Positions 15,891 to 26,602 are shown, counted from the stretch's first letter. The stretch: 30,000 nt of DNA from Pectobacterium sp. B1J-3 (GCF_046237015.1 NZ_JBJYIN010000001.1:289094-319093); one strand, 5' to 3'. Numbers and translations: made by a program. Notes: generated by a model from the letters alone, not told the origin.

Positions 15891-16154
15891 GGCGTCTCCT
15901 ATTGGTCGCTCGCAGGCGGAGCATCGAAAAATAATATCGATGAGCCTCAGAGAGATATAAAAATTTGATGGGAGTAGTGTGCGGGGGATAAAGGTGAAAA
16001 ACGACATGATAATATGTTTTAGTTACTAACAATCTTGCAAAAAAATTGTGCGCAACGGCAGATAATGTATTTAATGACTGTGACATCACCTCTAAATATC
16101 ACGCTGAAATCGACTACTGAATATTCACGCTAAAAATACAGAGCGAATATAAGT

Positions 16155-16170
16155 TGTGATGCACATCATA
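16155..16170. promoter_or_regulatory. CRP-like site in the ydiQ/ydiP divergent region
   Basis: TGTGA-tgcaca-TCATA matches 9/10 positions of TGTGA-N6-TCACA. It lies ~265 bp from the ydiQ ATG and ~300 bp from the ydiP ATG. Motif match only. Confidence 0.3.
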
Positions 16171-16350
16171 AATATGAGGCTTTTTTTTAATTGGAATTAT
16201 TAACATGCTCATTGAATAAAGAGAATATCAGTGAATTGTGAATATGATGTTTTGTGTATGTAGGCAATGCGTATTTTAAATGGGAAAAAACATACCGTGT
16301 GATGCATTAAGAAAATACGTTTTCCTGGCTAAAAATTGGACGGTGTAATC

Positions 16351-16365
16351 TTGCATGATATGCAA
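16351..16365. promoter_or_regulatory. perfect palindrome TTGCAT-gat-ATGCAA upstream of ydiP
   Basis: Read directly, 107 nt upstream of the ydiP ATG. It does not fit FNR (TTGAT-N4-ATCAA) well. Binding factor unknown. Confidence 0.25.
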
Positions 16366-16471
16366 ACAATCTTGTTTTGCGCGGTTAAAAACGTGATATA
16401 CAGTACGAGTTGTTGCGTTACTTTACCCCTAATAATTGGCTCACACTTTACTGTTCTCCGTGGAGGCTGTC

Positions 16472-17383
16472 ATGTATCAGCGCTGGTTTGACAATAATAC
16501 CGATACCTTGTTTGAAAAGGGAATGACGCCCAAATTGTCCCGTTTTGTGATCAGCGATGACCCAAATTGGGAGTCTGGCCACCATGTGCATGATACAGAA
16601 ACCGAGCTGATCTACGTGAAAAGTGGCGTAGCTCGGCTTATCATCGATTCGTCCAATTATGTTGCACAGAGCGGGGATATTGTGGTGGTCGAGCGTGGTC
16701 GATTGCACGCCGTCGTCTCCGATAATGCGTCCCCGGCAACCACCTACACGTGCGCCGTTTACGGATTTAAATTCTGCGACAGGGATGAGAACCAGATCAT
16801 GCAGACAAATTCCTGCCCGGTGGTTTCGGTGGTGAAAGGAAAAGAGGTAATAAAAAGTATATTTCACGAACTGGGGGTAATGTTATCACAGCAAAAAAAT
16901 CTTTTATCCTCACCCGTCTATGATGCTTTTGGTTATGCCCTGACAGCGTTATTTTATGAGAACTTTAAAAATGCCTACCGTTCTGAATCAGGTTATATTC
17001 GCAAGGAAGTGTTGGTGAAAGATATTTTAGTTTATCTCAATAACAACTATCGTGAAAAAATAACCCTGGAACAGCTTGCTAAAAAATTCCGTGCCAGCGT
17101 CAGCTATATTTGCCATGAATTTACCAAGGAATATCATATCTCCCCTATCAACTATGTGATTAAACGCCGGATCACCGAAGCAAAATTTTCGCTGACCAAC
17201 ACCGAGTTCAGTTTAAATGAGATTGCCATCCGCGTGGGGTATGACAATGTTGATCATTTTGCCAAATTATTCATGCGCCATGTTGGATGTCCTCCAAGCG
17301 AATACCGCAAGCAGTTTAAAAATAGTCTGAGTGGATTGGAGTATATAACGGAATTTGGTGAGAGCTCAGAATTGCTGCTGTGA
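16472..17383 (+). CDS. ydiP: AraC/XylS-family transcriptional regulator with N-terminal cupin-type sensor
   Basis: The ORF track starts at TTG 16436. I prefer the ATG at 16472 (MYQRWFDNN..), preceded by GGAGG, giving 303 aa. C-terminal double HTH: ..LEQLAKKFRASVSYICHEFTKEY.. and ..LNEIAIRVGYDNVDHFAKLFMRHVGCPPSEYR. Divergent from ydiQ as in E. coli. Confidence 0.8.
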   Translation: MYQRWFDNNTDTLFEKGMTPKLSRFVISDDPNWESGHHVHDTETELIYVKSGVARLIIDSSNYVAQSGDIVVVERGRLHAVVSDNASPATTYTCAVYGFKFCDRDENQIMQTNSCPVVSVVKGKEVIKSIFHELGVMLSQQKNLLSSPVYDAFGYALTALFYENFKNAYRSESGYIRKEVLVKDILVYLNNNYREKITLEQLAKKFRASVSYICHEFTKEYHISPINYVIKRRITEAKFSLTNTEFSLNEIAIRVGYDNVDHFAKLFMRHVGCPPSEYRKQFKNSLSGLEYITEFGESSELLL

Positions 17384-17394
17384 TGTTAATATCT

Positions 17395-17428
17395 GGTTGA
17401 GACTCCCGTGTGAACGGGGGTCTCAACC
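17395..17428. terminator. 14-bp stem-loop between convergent ydiP and ydiO
   Basis: GGTTGAGACTCCCG-tgtgaa-CGGGGGTCTCAACC, with one G-U pair. It occupies most of the 51-bp gap between the two stop codons. No U-tract on either side. Confidence 0.55.
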
Positions 17429-17434
17429 TGTCAG

Positions 17435-18586
17435 TTATTTACTTTGGTAATCTTTCAGAATCTGCCGTCCGGCAATATAAATCATGATCTCATCAGTACC
17501 GCCGCCAATCCTTTCGCAGCGCACGTCACGCCAAAAACGGGATACGCGAGCATCATCCGTATAACCTAGTCCGCCCATGATCTGAATGGCATCATCGATT
17601 ACTTCTAGTGCCGTGCGTGCACAATAGAGTTTGCACAGTGCGGCACTGGTGCGTAATGACAGTTCCTGGTCTGCCTGCCAGGCGCATTTCAGCACCATAT
17701 TACGCATGTTATCGATTTTTATGGCCATCAGCGCCAGCTTCTCCTGAATCATCTGGTTATGACCAATAGGTTTGCCAAAAGCGATACGCTGATTGGCATA
17801 ACGCGCAGCATCTTCGAAGGCGCACTCAGCAAAACCGGTACTGCGCGCGGCATTGATCAGGCGTTCCATTTCGAAATTGTACATCACATTCAGGAAGCCC
17901 ATGCCTTCTTCACCCACCATGTCACTCTCTTCGACTTCGACGTTATCGAGATAGACTTCACAGGTGGTCAGCATATGCCAGCCGATTTTGTGCAATGGGT
18001 TGATTTTGATGCCGGGCTTATTCGATTCCACCCACCACAGGGTGAAGGCTTTTTTCGGATCCTGCGGTTCGGGATCGCGCGCCAGCACCAGCATATAGGG
18101 GTACTCTTTCGCACCAGTGATAAAGGTTTTTTGTCCGTTGAGATACACCTTGCCGTTTTTACGCGTGTAGCTGGTAGTCGCGCTGCTGTTGTCCGAGCCT
18201 GCACCCGGTTCGGTCAGAGCTAACGAATAGGCTGGATCGCCAGTCGCCAGCGTACTCTCTGCAGTTTTGCGTAATTGCTCGGCAGAGCCAAAACGACGCA
18301 TGCTGTGGATGCACTGGCCGTTAGTGATCAGGAACGCCGGTGCGCCATTTTTAGACACTTCCATCAGTGCCAGCATTTGGGTGACATAGTCTGCCGGAAT
18401 ACCACCAAATTCTTCCGGCACGCCCAGCAGGGAAATGCCGTTATCGGCCAGCGCTCGCATAAACTCTTTCGGATAGGTACCTGTTTGGTCGCAGGTTCTG
18501 AAGTACTCTTCCGGGAAATCACTGGTGATCAATTCCCGAATACTGGCAAGCAGCAGTTCTTGCTCTTCGGTTAAGGAAAAGTCCAT
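17435..18586 (-). CDS. ydiO: acyl-CoA dehydrogenase (CaiA/YdiO family)
   Basis: 383 aa, the same length as E. coli YdiO. ACAD motifs LTEPGAGSD and ..QIMGGLGYTDDARVSRFWRDVRCERIGGGTDEIM. Lies immediately downstream of ydiF. Confidence 0.88.
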   Translation of the reverse strand: MDFSLTEEQELLLASIRELITSDFPEEYFRTCDQTGTYPKEFMRALADNGISLLGVPEEFGGIPADYVTQMLALMEVSKNGAPAFLITNGQCIHSMRRFGSAEQLRKTAESTLATGDPAYSLALTEPGAGSDNSSATTSYTRKNGKVYLNGQKTFITGAKEYPYMLVLARDPEPQDPKKAFTLWWVESNKPGIKINPLHKIGWHMLTTCEVYLDNVEVEESDMVGEEGMGFLNVMYNFEMERLINAARSTGFAECAFEDAARYANQRIAFGKPIGHNQMIQEKLALMAIKIDNMRNMVLKCAWQADQELSLRTSAALCKLYCARTALEVIDDAIQIMGGLGYTDDARVSRFWRDVRCERIGGGTDEIMIYIAGRQILKDYQSK

Positions 18587-18600
18587 TATTTTTACTCCTG

Positions 18601-20196
18601 TTATTGTTCAGCGTCAGGCAATACAAAGCCCATCACCCCATCGAAAAAGAGGCGTGTATCCATCAATTTTAAGTCGGGCGAAATGACCGGGGTAAAATCC
18701 ATCTGTGCCAGAATGTCTTTTTCCAGATCGATGCCGGGCGCGATCTCAATCAGGTGCAAGCCATCTGCTTTTAAGGTGAAGACGGCGCGTTCGGTGATGT
18801 AACGCACGTCCAAGCCGCGTTCGAGCGCAATTTTTCCGCTGAACGTGATTTCTGGGATTTCCTGAATGAATTTTTTGACTTTCCCTTCCTGCACGATCGA
18901 CAGCTTGCCGTCGCCGACATCGGTTTTTAAACTGCCCGCCGTCAGGGTGCCGCAGAAGATGATCTTCTTCGAGGTGGCGCTGATGTCGATAAACCCGCCG
19001 GTGCCCATGATCTTGCCGTTGAATTTATGTACGCCAACGTTGCCGTGTCGGTCAATTTCAGCGAAGCTCAGATAGCACACATCCAACCCACCGCCGTGGT
19101 AAAAATCGAACTGAGAGGTCATGTCCAGAATGGCGCGGGTATTGACGTTGGCGCCGAAGGCCACCCCTTGCGTGGTGATCCCGCCGATAGGGCCGGTTTC
19201 CACTGTCAGCACGAAGTCATCGGCACAGCCCTCTTCGCGAGCCACCATACCGATGCCATCGGCGATGCCGACGCCCACGTTACCGACCGCACCTTTGCGC
19301 ATTTCGAACAGCGCGCGGCGTGCCACCAGCTTACGCTGGTTAAGAGGGATGGTCATTTTGGTGCTGTCATCCAGTACAAAATCGCCGGAGATAAAGCGGT
19401 TGACGGGCGCACCGCCGTACAGTTGGGTTTGCGTTGAATCCACCACCACAATATCGACCAGATAGCCAGGAATGCGCACAGACTTAGGATGCAGCGTGGC
19501 TTTTTTAACCATTTTCTGCACCTGCATCATCACGATGCCGCCGTTGTTGTGTACCGCTTGTGCAATCACCAGCGCATCGAGGTACATCACTTCATCTTCA
19601 AAAGAAGCGTACCCTTCGCTGTCGCAGGTGGTGGCGCGGATAAAGGCGACATTCGGCGCAATGGCCTTGTAGAACAGATATTCCTGATTATCGATCTCGA
19701 CCAGCTTGATCAGTTCGTCTTTGGTGATTTCATTCAGCTTGCCGCCCTGTTGGCGCGGGTCGACAAAGGTACCAATACCAATATTGCTCAAAATGCCTGG
19801 CTGGTGAGCGGCAGAGGCTCGGATCGCTTGCGTCAGCACCCCTTGCGGATAGTTATAGGCGACGATCTTGTTTTGTTCAGCCAGATCGGAAATACGCGGT
19901 GACTGTCCCCAGTGACCACACAGCGCCCATTTCACCAGACCTTCCTGTGCCAGCGGACTAATGCCACGTTCGGCGCGATCGCCTAACCCAGTTGGGCTGA
20001 TCAGCGACAGGTCGCGCGGTGATTGCGTGGTTTTGTAGCGGTCGGCAAGAGCGGTGATCAGCGAGGTGGCCTCCAGAATGCCGCCACCAGCCCCTAATAC
20101 GCACAGGGTGGCTTCATCGGGGATATAGTTAACCGCGTCCTGTGCGGAGAGTACCGGCACTCGTCCATTGATTCTTTTCGGTTTTTCCAGTTTCAT
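18601..20196 (-). CDS. ydiF: fused alpha-beta short-chain acyl-CoA:acetate CoA-transferase
   Basis: The ORF track gives 18601..20247. I trim to the ATG at 20196 (MKLEKPKRINGRVPVLSAQDAV..), preceded by GAGGAG, giving 531 aa, the length of E. coli YdiF. Very close resemblance to remembered YdiF along its length. Confidence 0.9.
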   Translation of the reverse strand: MKLEKPKRINGRVPVLSAQDAVNYIPDEATLCVLGAGGGILEATSLITALADRYKTTQSPRDLSLISPTGLGDRAERGISPLAQEGLVKWALCGHWGQSPRISDLAEQNKIVAYNYPQGVLTQAIRASAAHQPGILSNIGIGTFVDPRQQGGKLNEITKDELIKLVEIDNQEYLFYKAIAPNVAFIRATTCDSEGYASFEDEVMYLDALVIAQAVHNNGGIVMMQVQKMVKKATLHPKSVRIPGYLVDIVVVDSTQTQLYGGAPVNRFISGDFVLDDSTKMTIPLNQRKLVARRALFEMRKGAVGNVGVGIADGIGMVAREEGCADDFVLTVETGPIGGITTQGVAFGANVNTRAILDMTSQFDFYHGGGLDVCYLSFAEIDRHGNVGVHKFNGKIMGTGGFIDISATSKKIIFCGTLTAGSLKTDVGDGKLSIVQEGKVKKFIQEIPEITFSGKIALERGLDVRYITERAVFTLKADGLHLIEIAPGIDLEKDILAQMDFTPVISPDLKLMDTRLFFDGVMGFVLPDAEQ

Positions 20197-20272
20197 TGCA
20201 ACTCCTCGTAATAAGCAAATGAACGTGCACTGCCCGTAGCAATGCAAACGGCTACAGCCACGCCATCGCTAT

Positions 20273-21031
20273 TCAGGATTGGTGTAATACCGTCAACACG
20301 GCGCGTAAATCTTTAACGGCAATTTGCCCTGGGGCAGAGGCCTTTTTCAGTGCACCAAACGTGGCGGCTGAACCAAACAGTTCGCCGGAGAGACGGGAGA
20401 TAACACCGGTTTTTGACATGGACATGGTGATGATCGGGCGGTCAGCGTGCTTCTCATGCATTTCCAACGTGGCGGCTAACAGAGTGAGCACATCGCCTTT
20501 GCTCTGCGGCATCAGGGCAATTTTCGGGATATCGGCACCCAATTCCTGCATCTTGCACAGGCGTTTGACGATTTCTTCTTTCGGTGGCGTTTTGTGGAAA
20601 TCGTGGTTGGACATGATGACCTTCACGCCGTGAGCATGCGCAAACGCCACGGTATCTTTCACCAGCTCATCACCGGTAAACAGCTCCAGATCGATCATAT
20701 CCACCAACCCGCTCTCCACTACCGCCTTGTTCAAGGCAATGTAGGCCTCGGCTGAGAGCGCTTTTTCTCCGCCTTCTTGCTTGCTACGAAAGGTAAACAG
20801 CAGGGGCTTGTTGGGGATGCCATCACGCAGTGTGCGCACCGCCTCCAGTACGCTGGCGATGGAGGACACATCATCGAAATGATCGGCACGCCATTCCAGA
20901 ATATCGACATCGCCGTCTTGGTAATGGTGGACTTCAGACTTGATGGCAGCGATATCTTTGCCCATCAGCGAGACGATAATTTTTGGTGCGCCTTCGCCAA
21001 ACACCTGATTTTTTACGGTTACGGTTTTCAT
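20273..21031 (-). CDS. aroD: type I 3-dehydroquinate dehydratase
   Basis: 252 aa. [65 protein letters not shown] matches E. coli AroD, including the Schiff-base Lys region. Confidence 0.95.
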   Translation of the reverse strand: MKTVTVKNQVFGEGAPKIIVSLMGKDIAAIKSEVHHYQDGDVDILEWRADHFDDVSSIASVLEAVRTLRDGIPNKPLLFTFRSKQEGGEKALSAEAYIALNKAVVESGLVDMIDLELFTGDELVKDTVAFAHAHGVKVIMSNHDFHKTPPKEEIVKRLCKMQELGADIPKIALMPQSKGDVLTLLAATLEMHEKHADRPIITMSMSKTGVISRLSGELFGSAATFGALKKASAPGQIAVKDLRAVLTVLHQS

Positions 21032-21106
21032 GCTTTTCCCTTACGTCATCTTTTGCCACACGGTCTGGTAACGCGGCGTGAGAAATACACCGCGTACCGA
21101 CGTGTT

Positions 21107-21973
21107 TTAGGCGTTAAAGCCCATCACTTTTTTGATGTGTTCCAGCGGGAACTCTTTACCAGTCCAGAGCTTGAATTGCTCAGCCCCCTGCCACAGCAGC
21201 ATGCCGTAGCCATCAATGGTCTTGCAGCCTGCATCCATGGCCATTTGCAGCAGTTTGGTGATGTGCGGGTTGTAAACGCATTCGGTGACCAACAGTTCAG
21301 GGCGCAGCATGGCGATATCGCTCACAACGCATTGGTCTTCCAGCGGTTTCATGCCGACCTTGGTGCCATTGGTCAGAATATCAGCGTGCGCAATAGCATC
21401 GGCGAAGGCTTTCTGGTTCGTCAAATCACCGACCGTGACGGTGCAATCAGTGTTGTCATTCACGCGTTTAGCGAAAGCGAGCGCCTGTTCGTAAAATTCA
21501 TCTTTACGGTTGAATAGCTTGATCTCTTTGATACCTTCAATCGCGGCCTGAGCACCAATTGCGGTTGACGCACCGCCCGAACCGACCAACACCATGGTTT
21601 TTCCTTGAATATCAAAACCGCTTTCTTTGATGGCCCGAATATGCCCGGTACCATCGGTGTTATAACCACGTAAATACCCGTTATCGTTAACAATGGTATT
21701 AATCGCACCGACCAATTTGGCGGCCGGTGTTAATTCATCCACATATTGGCAGGCTAATTGTTTATTTGGCATGGAAACGCCAGTGCCGCGCATTTTCAGC
21801 GCTTTAAGGCCTTCAATTGCTTTGCCAAACGTGGTGTTGTCTACTTCAAAGGCCATATAGGTGAAAGGCAACCCCGCTTTTTCTAACGCCTTGTTTTGCA
21901 TTTCCGGCGAAAGACTGTGTCTGATGGGATAAGCCATTAATCCAATCAGTTCATATTTTGCGGTAACATCCAT
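21107..21973 (-). CDS. ydiB: NAD(P)-dependent quinate/shikimate 5-dehydrogenase
   Basis: The ORF track gives 21107..21991. I trim to the ATG at 21973 ([46 protein letters not shown]..), which gives 288 aa. This N-terminus matches the E. coli YdiB sequence as I remember it. Confidence 0.95.
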   Translation of the reverse strand: MDVTAKYELIGLMAYPIRHSLSPEMQNKALEKAGLPFTYMAFEVDNTTFGKAIEGLKALKMRGTGVSMPNKQLACQYVDELTPAAKLVGAINTIVNDNGYLRGYNTDGTGHIRAIKESGFDIQGKTMVLVGSGGASTAIGAQAAIEGIKEIKLFNRKDEFYEQALAFAKRVNDNTDCTVTVGDLTNQKAFADAIAHADILTNGTKVGMKPLEDQCVVSDIAMLRPELLVTECVYNPHITKLLQMAMDAGCKTIDGYGMLLWQGAEQFKLWTGKEFPLEHIKKVMGFNA

Positions 21974-22104
21974 TCTAAACTCCTTACACAAGGTAATAAT
22001 AGGTAGTGCAGTTATTCAGGCAATAGGCGGGCGCATATCGCGCAAACTGTCGATTGCCGTTCTGTTCAGGTTTTAATATCAATATTAACGTTATTATGGC
22101 GTCG

Positions 22105-23340
22105 CTATTGAAAGAAACGTTCGCCGAAGCGTAAATCACTTTGCGGAATTCTGAACACTTTGTAATAGCGAATAAAAACTACGATGGCAGTAATAAAGGC
22201 CAGCAGGGCAAAAGCGATATCTAGCAAAATAATGTATTGCAGACCGATCTTTGACAGGTATCCCGTAATTAACGGAATTAAAAAGTTAGCCAGCCCGCCC
22301 ATCATCATATAAATACTGGTAACTTTAGCTTTGCTTTTTGGAAAGAATTCAGACATGACAGAAACGCCGAGTTGCAATATTCCGCCTGCGGCTGAAAAAC
22401 CGATAACAAAGGCACCCACATTACACACTAACGGTGATGGGTAGAGATAAATAATCGTGGCGGTAATCACCGAAACCCCGGTATTAAACACGTTAGCCCA
22501 CACTGGGCGCACCATGCTTTTTAACAGCAGGGCGAAAATAAATACGCACACCAGTGACCCCATGCTGTAATACGAGATGGTTTTCAGCGCATCGGCTTCT
22601 GCCATACCGGCAAAGGCCATGGCATATTTGGGCATCCAGACCACAATAACGTAGAAAGTAGAGAATGCGGCAACACCAAAAATGATGGAGGCAACCCCTT
22701 CCAACCAGGCAAGCGGCTTGCTGTTCATCTGCGGTAACTCTTTGGCGATGGAGGCATCTACCAACTGGCTGGGGAACTTGCTTCTCAGCAGCAGCAACGA
22801 CACCAGTACAAACAGAACGCCAGGGATGATCATCGCATAGCCATACCAGATGTGGCTGAGCAAAAGGTAGCTGACCAGCATCGGGTATAACATCTGGCCG
22901 AAGGAGATCATGGCTTTTAATAAAATGACCGCTGAACCTGACGTTTTTGGATAACACTCCATCAGTGCCGGATAACCACCGGTATCTAGCGCAGCATTGG
23001 CAACGCCAACGCACACCGCCAGGCCGAAGGCGACAACCAGATTTGGACTGGCGGGAATACCAAAGAAGAACAAAATATATAAGCTAACGCCGAGCAGGAT
23101 GACAAAGCGGCGGCCAAATTTGTCAGAGATCACCCCAAAGAAGAGAATACTGACCAATCGGCCTAAGCCAATACCCGAAATCAGATAGGCAATACCCGCA
23201 TTGTCAGTACCAAATTTATCTGCAAGGGATGTCATATTTTGAGCCAGCGTAATAACGCTGACGCCATGTAAAAAATAACTGAGATAGATACCGATGACGG
23301 CTAATAAGAAGGGCGCATTGAAGGCCTTATTCTGGCTCAT
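22105..23340 (-). CDS. ydiN: MFS transporter (YdiN-like)
   Basis: 411 aa with a 12-TM-type hydrophobicity pattern. The N-terminus MSQNKAFNAPFLLAVIGIYLSYFLHGVSVITLAQNM.. resembles remembered E. coli YdiN. MFS loop motif DKFGRR. Upstream of ydiB as in E. coli. Confidence 0.85.
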   Translation of the reverse strand: MSQNKAFNAPFLLAVIGIYLSYFLHGVSVITLAQNMTSLADKFGTDNAGIAYLISGIGLGRLVSILFFGVISDKFGRRFVILLGVSLYILFFFGIPASPNLVVAFGLAVCVGVANAALDTGGYPALMECYPKTSGSAVILLKAMISFGQMLYPMLVSYLLLSHIWYGYAMIIPGVLFVLVSLLLLRSKFPSQLVDASIAKELPQMNSKPLAWLEGVASIIFGVAAFSTFYVIVVWMPKYAMAFAGMAEADALKTISYYSMGSLVCVFIFALLLKSMVRPVWANVFNTGVSVITATIIYLYPSPLVCNVGAFVIGFSAAGGILQLGVSVMSEFFPKSKAKVTSIYMMMGGLANFLIPLITGYLSKIGLQYIILLDIAFALLAFITAIVVFIRYYKVFRIPQSDLRFGERFFQ

Positions 23341-23962
23341 GCTTTTCTCCGCATTTCGTTAATGATTCTGTTTGTTGTTGATGTTTTTCATAACCAGGGA
23401 TAGCGGTTTTCGTTTTTCCTGACCTTTTGTATTTAAATAATTGTCGATACTGCGCGAGATACTTTTCATTCTCGTTATTTAATATATTAAACGCGGATAA
23501 TAATAAATACGTAATATGCCGTTTTAGTTGCCAACTTTATTGCTGTGCAATGTGATGACACGGATAGATTGGATGTTGATGAAATGTTTTTATTTCACAA
23601 GTTCCCTACAACAGCCTTGTTTGGAAAAGAAAGGGATACGTCACATTGTATTTACGACGAGATGCTATTTTGTGATCAGACAAACAGTATTATTTCCTCA
23701 ATTTATTGAATGGCGTATATATGCCATAACACCATGTCATTCTTGTCCGCTTTATGTTTTTACTTATTAACAATTTCGTTACTCTATACCTTTTTGTTGC
23801 ACTGACAGGTGTACCGCTTATATTGCACGGCACCGAAACAATGTTGCATTAGCGCTGTTTGACAGGAAGTTACAACGGTAAAAGCGAGATATGCTGGCAA
23901 TAGGAATCCACCAATCTCACTGCGTGCGAATAATGCCGTGATACCTTGCCAAGAGGCCGGTC

Positions 23963-24862
23963 ATGAATTTAAAACAGCTCCATTACTTTAAACGCTTGGC
24001 TGAAAAGCAACATTATACCGAAGCGGCATCAAGCCTATTTATTACTCAGCCGTCGCTCAGCCACGCCATTGCCGAATTAGAGAAAGAACTGGGTGTGATG
24101 TTATTTGAAAAAACAGGCAGGAATGTACGTATCACTCATGCGGGCAAGCTTTTTTTACCCTATGTGGACAATGCGCTGCAGGAGCTGGAACATGGTCGTC
24201 TGGCTCTGCGTCAGATGTGTAGCCAGCAGGATGATGTCATCAATCTGGCGTTTATCTACACCATGGGCGAAACCGTGGTACCACGCCTGGTCGATCGTTT
24301 TGTCCATCAGCCCGGTAATGACAACAAACGTTTTTGCTTTTATCAGGGCACCACGTCAGCGTTGGTGGAAGATCTGAAAGCGGACAAATACGATATGGCG
24401 ATCTGTTCGCTGGTGGCGGATGAGAATGAAATAGAATTTTTGCCGCTGATAAGCCAGGAACTGGTGCTGGTAACCTCTTGCCAACACCCACTGGCACAGC
24501 AAGAGAAGGAAGATATCTCGCTGGAAGAGGCTATCGCTTACCCATTTATCTTCTTTTCACGGAAAAGTGGGCTGAGTCAGTTTATCGATAAGATGTTTAT
24601 GCAGAAAAAGCTGATCCCGGAAATTGCGTGTTACGTTGAAGAAGATACCGCGATGGCAGGGTTGGTCAGCGTCAATTATGGCATTGCCGTGATGCCGCGC
24701 ATCAGCACGCTCTCACGCTCGGATCTGCATGTTCTGCGTATTCGCAAGCCCGGTCCAACGCGCTATATCTATTTGGCAACGCGTAAAGACAAAATGCTGT
24801 CAGCAGCAGCACAGGGGTTTAAAAAGTTTGTCTTTAGCGCCTGCCAGACCCTGCAATTTTAG
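23963..24862 (+). CDS. LysR-family transcriptional regulator
   Basis: 299 aa. N-terminal winged HTH MNLKQLHYFKRLAEKQHYTEAASSLFITQPSLSHAIAELEKELGVMLFEKTGRNVRITHAGK, followed by a LysR substrate-binding region. AGAGG SD sequence upstream of the ATG. Divergent from ydiN and convergent with ydiM. Confidence 0.88.
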   Translation: MNLKQLHYFKRLAEKQHYTEAASSLFITQPSLSHAIAELEKELGVMLFEKTGRNVRITHAGKLFLPYVDNALQELEHGRLALRQMCSQQDDVINLAFIYTMGETVVPRLVDRFVHQPGNDNKRFCFYQGTTSALVEDLKADKYDMAICSLVADENEIEFLPLISQELVLVTSCQHPLAQQEKEDISLEEAIAYPFIFFSRKSGLSQFIDKMFMQKKLIPEIACYVEEDTAMAGLVSVNYGIAVMPRISTLSRSDLHVLRIRKPGPTRYIYLATRKDKMLSAAAQGFKKFVFSACQTLQF

Positions 24863-24871
24863 CGCTTAACA

Positions 24872-24894
24872 CCTCTGGACCAGTGGCACAGAGG
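24872..24894. terminator. weak hairpin between convergent LysR gene and ydiM
   Basis: CCTCTG-gaccagtggca-CAGAGG (6-bp stem, 11-nt loop) lies in the 39-bp gap between the stops. No U-tract. Confidence 0.3.
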
Positions 24895-24901
24895 CGTGGT
24901 A

Positions 24902-26149
24902 TCAGGATGGACGACGCAGCGCACCGTCAACGTGTCGTTCATCCTCTGTCAGAAGGTTGTCGCGTGTTTTCCGATTACGGTAGCCAATAAACAGCGCCAG
25001 CAAGAAACCGACAGCGGCAACCCCAGTATCAAACCACATAATGCTGGCAATACTGGTTTGTGAAAGCCTAGCAGTGATAAGAGGGATCGTGAAGGTAGCG
25101 ATACTGCCGGCGCTATAGTAAATCGCGGTGGCTTTGCCTTTGGCATGGGGAAACCGTACCGCCATCAGCGTCAGCCCCAGTTGCAGCACGCCCCCCGCAG
25201 CGGAGAAGCCAATCACGAATGAAAACACAATAACCGTGTTTGGACTGGGATACAGGCACACACCCAGCAGTGCCACGAACGAAATAAACGTGTAGAGCAT
25301 CAGCAGCGAGGTGGAACTGACGGTTTTCCTCACTAATACGGCGGAGATCACCACACAGAGCAGAGAGCCGACGGTGTAAATACTGAGCAGTTTGATGGAC
25401 ATGGTGTAACTCATGCCTGCCACAAACTGGCCATATTGTGCCAACCATTGGCTGATGAGGTAAAACGTTGCCATGGCGATGTAGCCATACAGCGTATAAC
25501 TGGTGAGATCCACCAACGAGCAGGCGTGTTGTGTGGTGGTGCGTGCTACTGGGGCTTCTGCAGCCAAGGTTTCCCGCACCACTTTTCCCGGATGGGCCGG
25601 GAAAGGATAGCGGAACAGACAAATGCCGTTGAGCAGCATAATGCCTGCCGCGATGATAAACGACCAGCCAAACCACAGATCTGCCCAGACTAATAGACTG
25701 ATGATCATGGGCAGCAAGAATTGCCCACTGGAGACAAAGGCCTTAATTAAAATGTTGGCAGTGCTGGGGGAAGAGGGGAAGGCTTCCATCAACGATGGGT
25801 AGGTGCCAGAATCGAGGAAGCTGTTTGCCATCCCTGCGAGAAAGCCAAAACAATAGGCAGCGGCAATGCTCTGCGAGCCGAGAATGCCAAAGAAAAAGCC
25901 GAGATAGCATACCATTCCCAGATACACGAACGGTTTACGACCAAAACGGTCGGATAACATCCCAGCCAACATCAGCAGACTCAGTCTGCCAATGCCCAGC
26001 GATGAAATGACGACAGACACCCCTGCGGCGTCGGTGTGCCACTGTTGCTCCAGATGCGGCATGTTCAGGCTAAGTAATATCACGCCCATGCCATGAACCA
26101 GATAATTGAGATATAACCCAAAGGCGGTTGGTATATATTTGTTTTTCAT
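24902..26149 (-). CDS. ydiM: MFS transporter (YdiM-like)
   Basis: 415 aa. MKNKYIPTAFGLYLNYLVHGMGVILLSLNM.., DRFGRKP, and ..ILIKAFVSSGQFLLP.. resemble remembered E. coli YdiM. Paralogous to the ydiN-like gene. Confidence 0.8.
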   Translation of the reverse strand: MKNKYIPTAFGLYLNYLVHGMGVILLSLNMPHLEQQWHTDAAGVSVVISSLGIGRLSLLMLAGMLSDRFGRKPFVYLGMVCYLGFFFGILGSQSIAAAYCFGFLAGMANSFLDSGTYPSLMEAFPSSPSTANILIKAFVSSGQFLLPMIISLLVWADLWFGWSFIIAAGIMLLNGICLFRYPFPAHPGKVVRETLAAEAPVARTTTQHACSLVDLTSYTLYGYIAMATFYLISQWLAQYGQFVAGMSYTMSIKLLSIYTVGSLLCVVISAVLVRKTVSSTSLLMLYTFISFVALLGVCLYPSPNTVIVFSFVIGFSAAGGVLQLGLTLMAVRFPHAKGKATAIYYSAGSIATFTIPLITARLSQTSIASIMWFDTGVAAVGFLLALFIGYRNRKTRDNLLTEDERHVDGALRRPS

Positions 26150-26602
26150 AGTTAGCCTTGTGAGAAAATGCCTGGGTGAAAAAACCTGTCATTTCCCTGC
26201 CCTGACGCATAATACCCGTTGTCTTTTAGTATCCTGTCGTGTTCAATCGACATAACCTACAGATCTACAGCCGGTTTTTAAGTTTTTTTGATGCTAGCAA
26301 TCCCTTCGGGAAATGAATAATTCCTTTTTTTCTATTAATTCATAGATTGTTTCTATCGGCAAACCCGATAAATGTTATTGATGTTAATTTTTATGCTAAA
26401 AACCCTGACATCCCTTTCTATTTATTCAATGAAAAAGATACGGATGTGTAACACGTGATAAATAATGTGGTATTCACTAAATTACCTTGAAGATCGCTGT
26501 GATTACCTCCCTGGCAATAAAATCGTTAATTTGTGATTTATCTCGCAATCAAAGAGTCTGGGGTAGCAAAAACATACATCGTATTATTTCTATTACCAGG
26601 AA

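Noticed and set aside
10776-18586. Interpreting the ETF/FixABCX-like genes, acyl-CoA ligase and CaiA-like dehydrogenase as a carnitine (cai/fix) locus
   Set aside because: There are no caiT, caiB, caiD or caiE genes. Gene order and lengths match the E. coli ydiF-ydiO / ydiP / ydiQRST-fadK arrangement next to aroD-ydiB instead.
20777-21517. 246-aa plus-strand ORF overlapping aroD and ydiB
   Set aside because: It is antisense to two genes with near-certain identity and spans their intergenic gap. The composition-driven open frame has no recognisable motifs. The same reasoning applies to 17759..18223, 19027..19437, 19489..19902, 22493..23014, 25113..25676 and the other shadow ORFs inside annotated genes.
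23528-23770. 80-aa ORF in the ydiN/LysR divergent intergenic region
   Set aside because: It is an AT-rich promoter region. The ORF begins with a non-ATG codon, has no SD sequence, is Cys/Phe-rich and has no domain. The region is more plausibly regulatory: it contains the palindrome ATGGC-N8-GCCAT at ~23711-23728 and repeated TTGCA(C/T) motifs. I could not tie these to a known factor.
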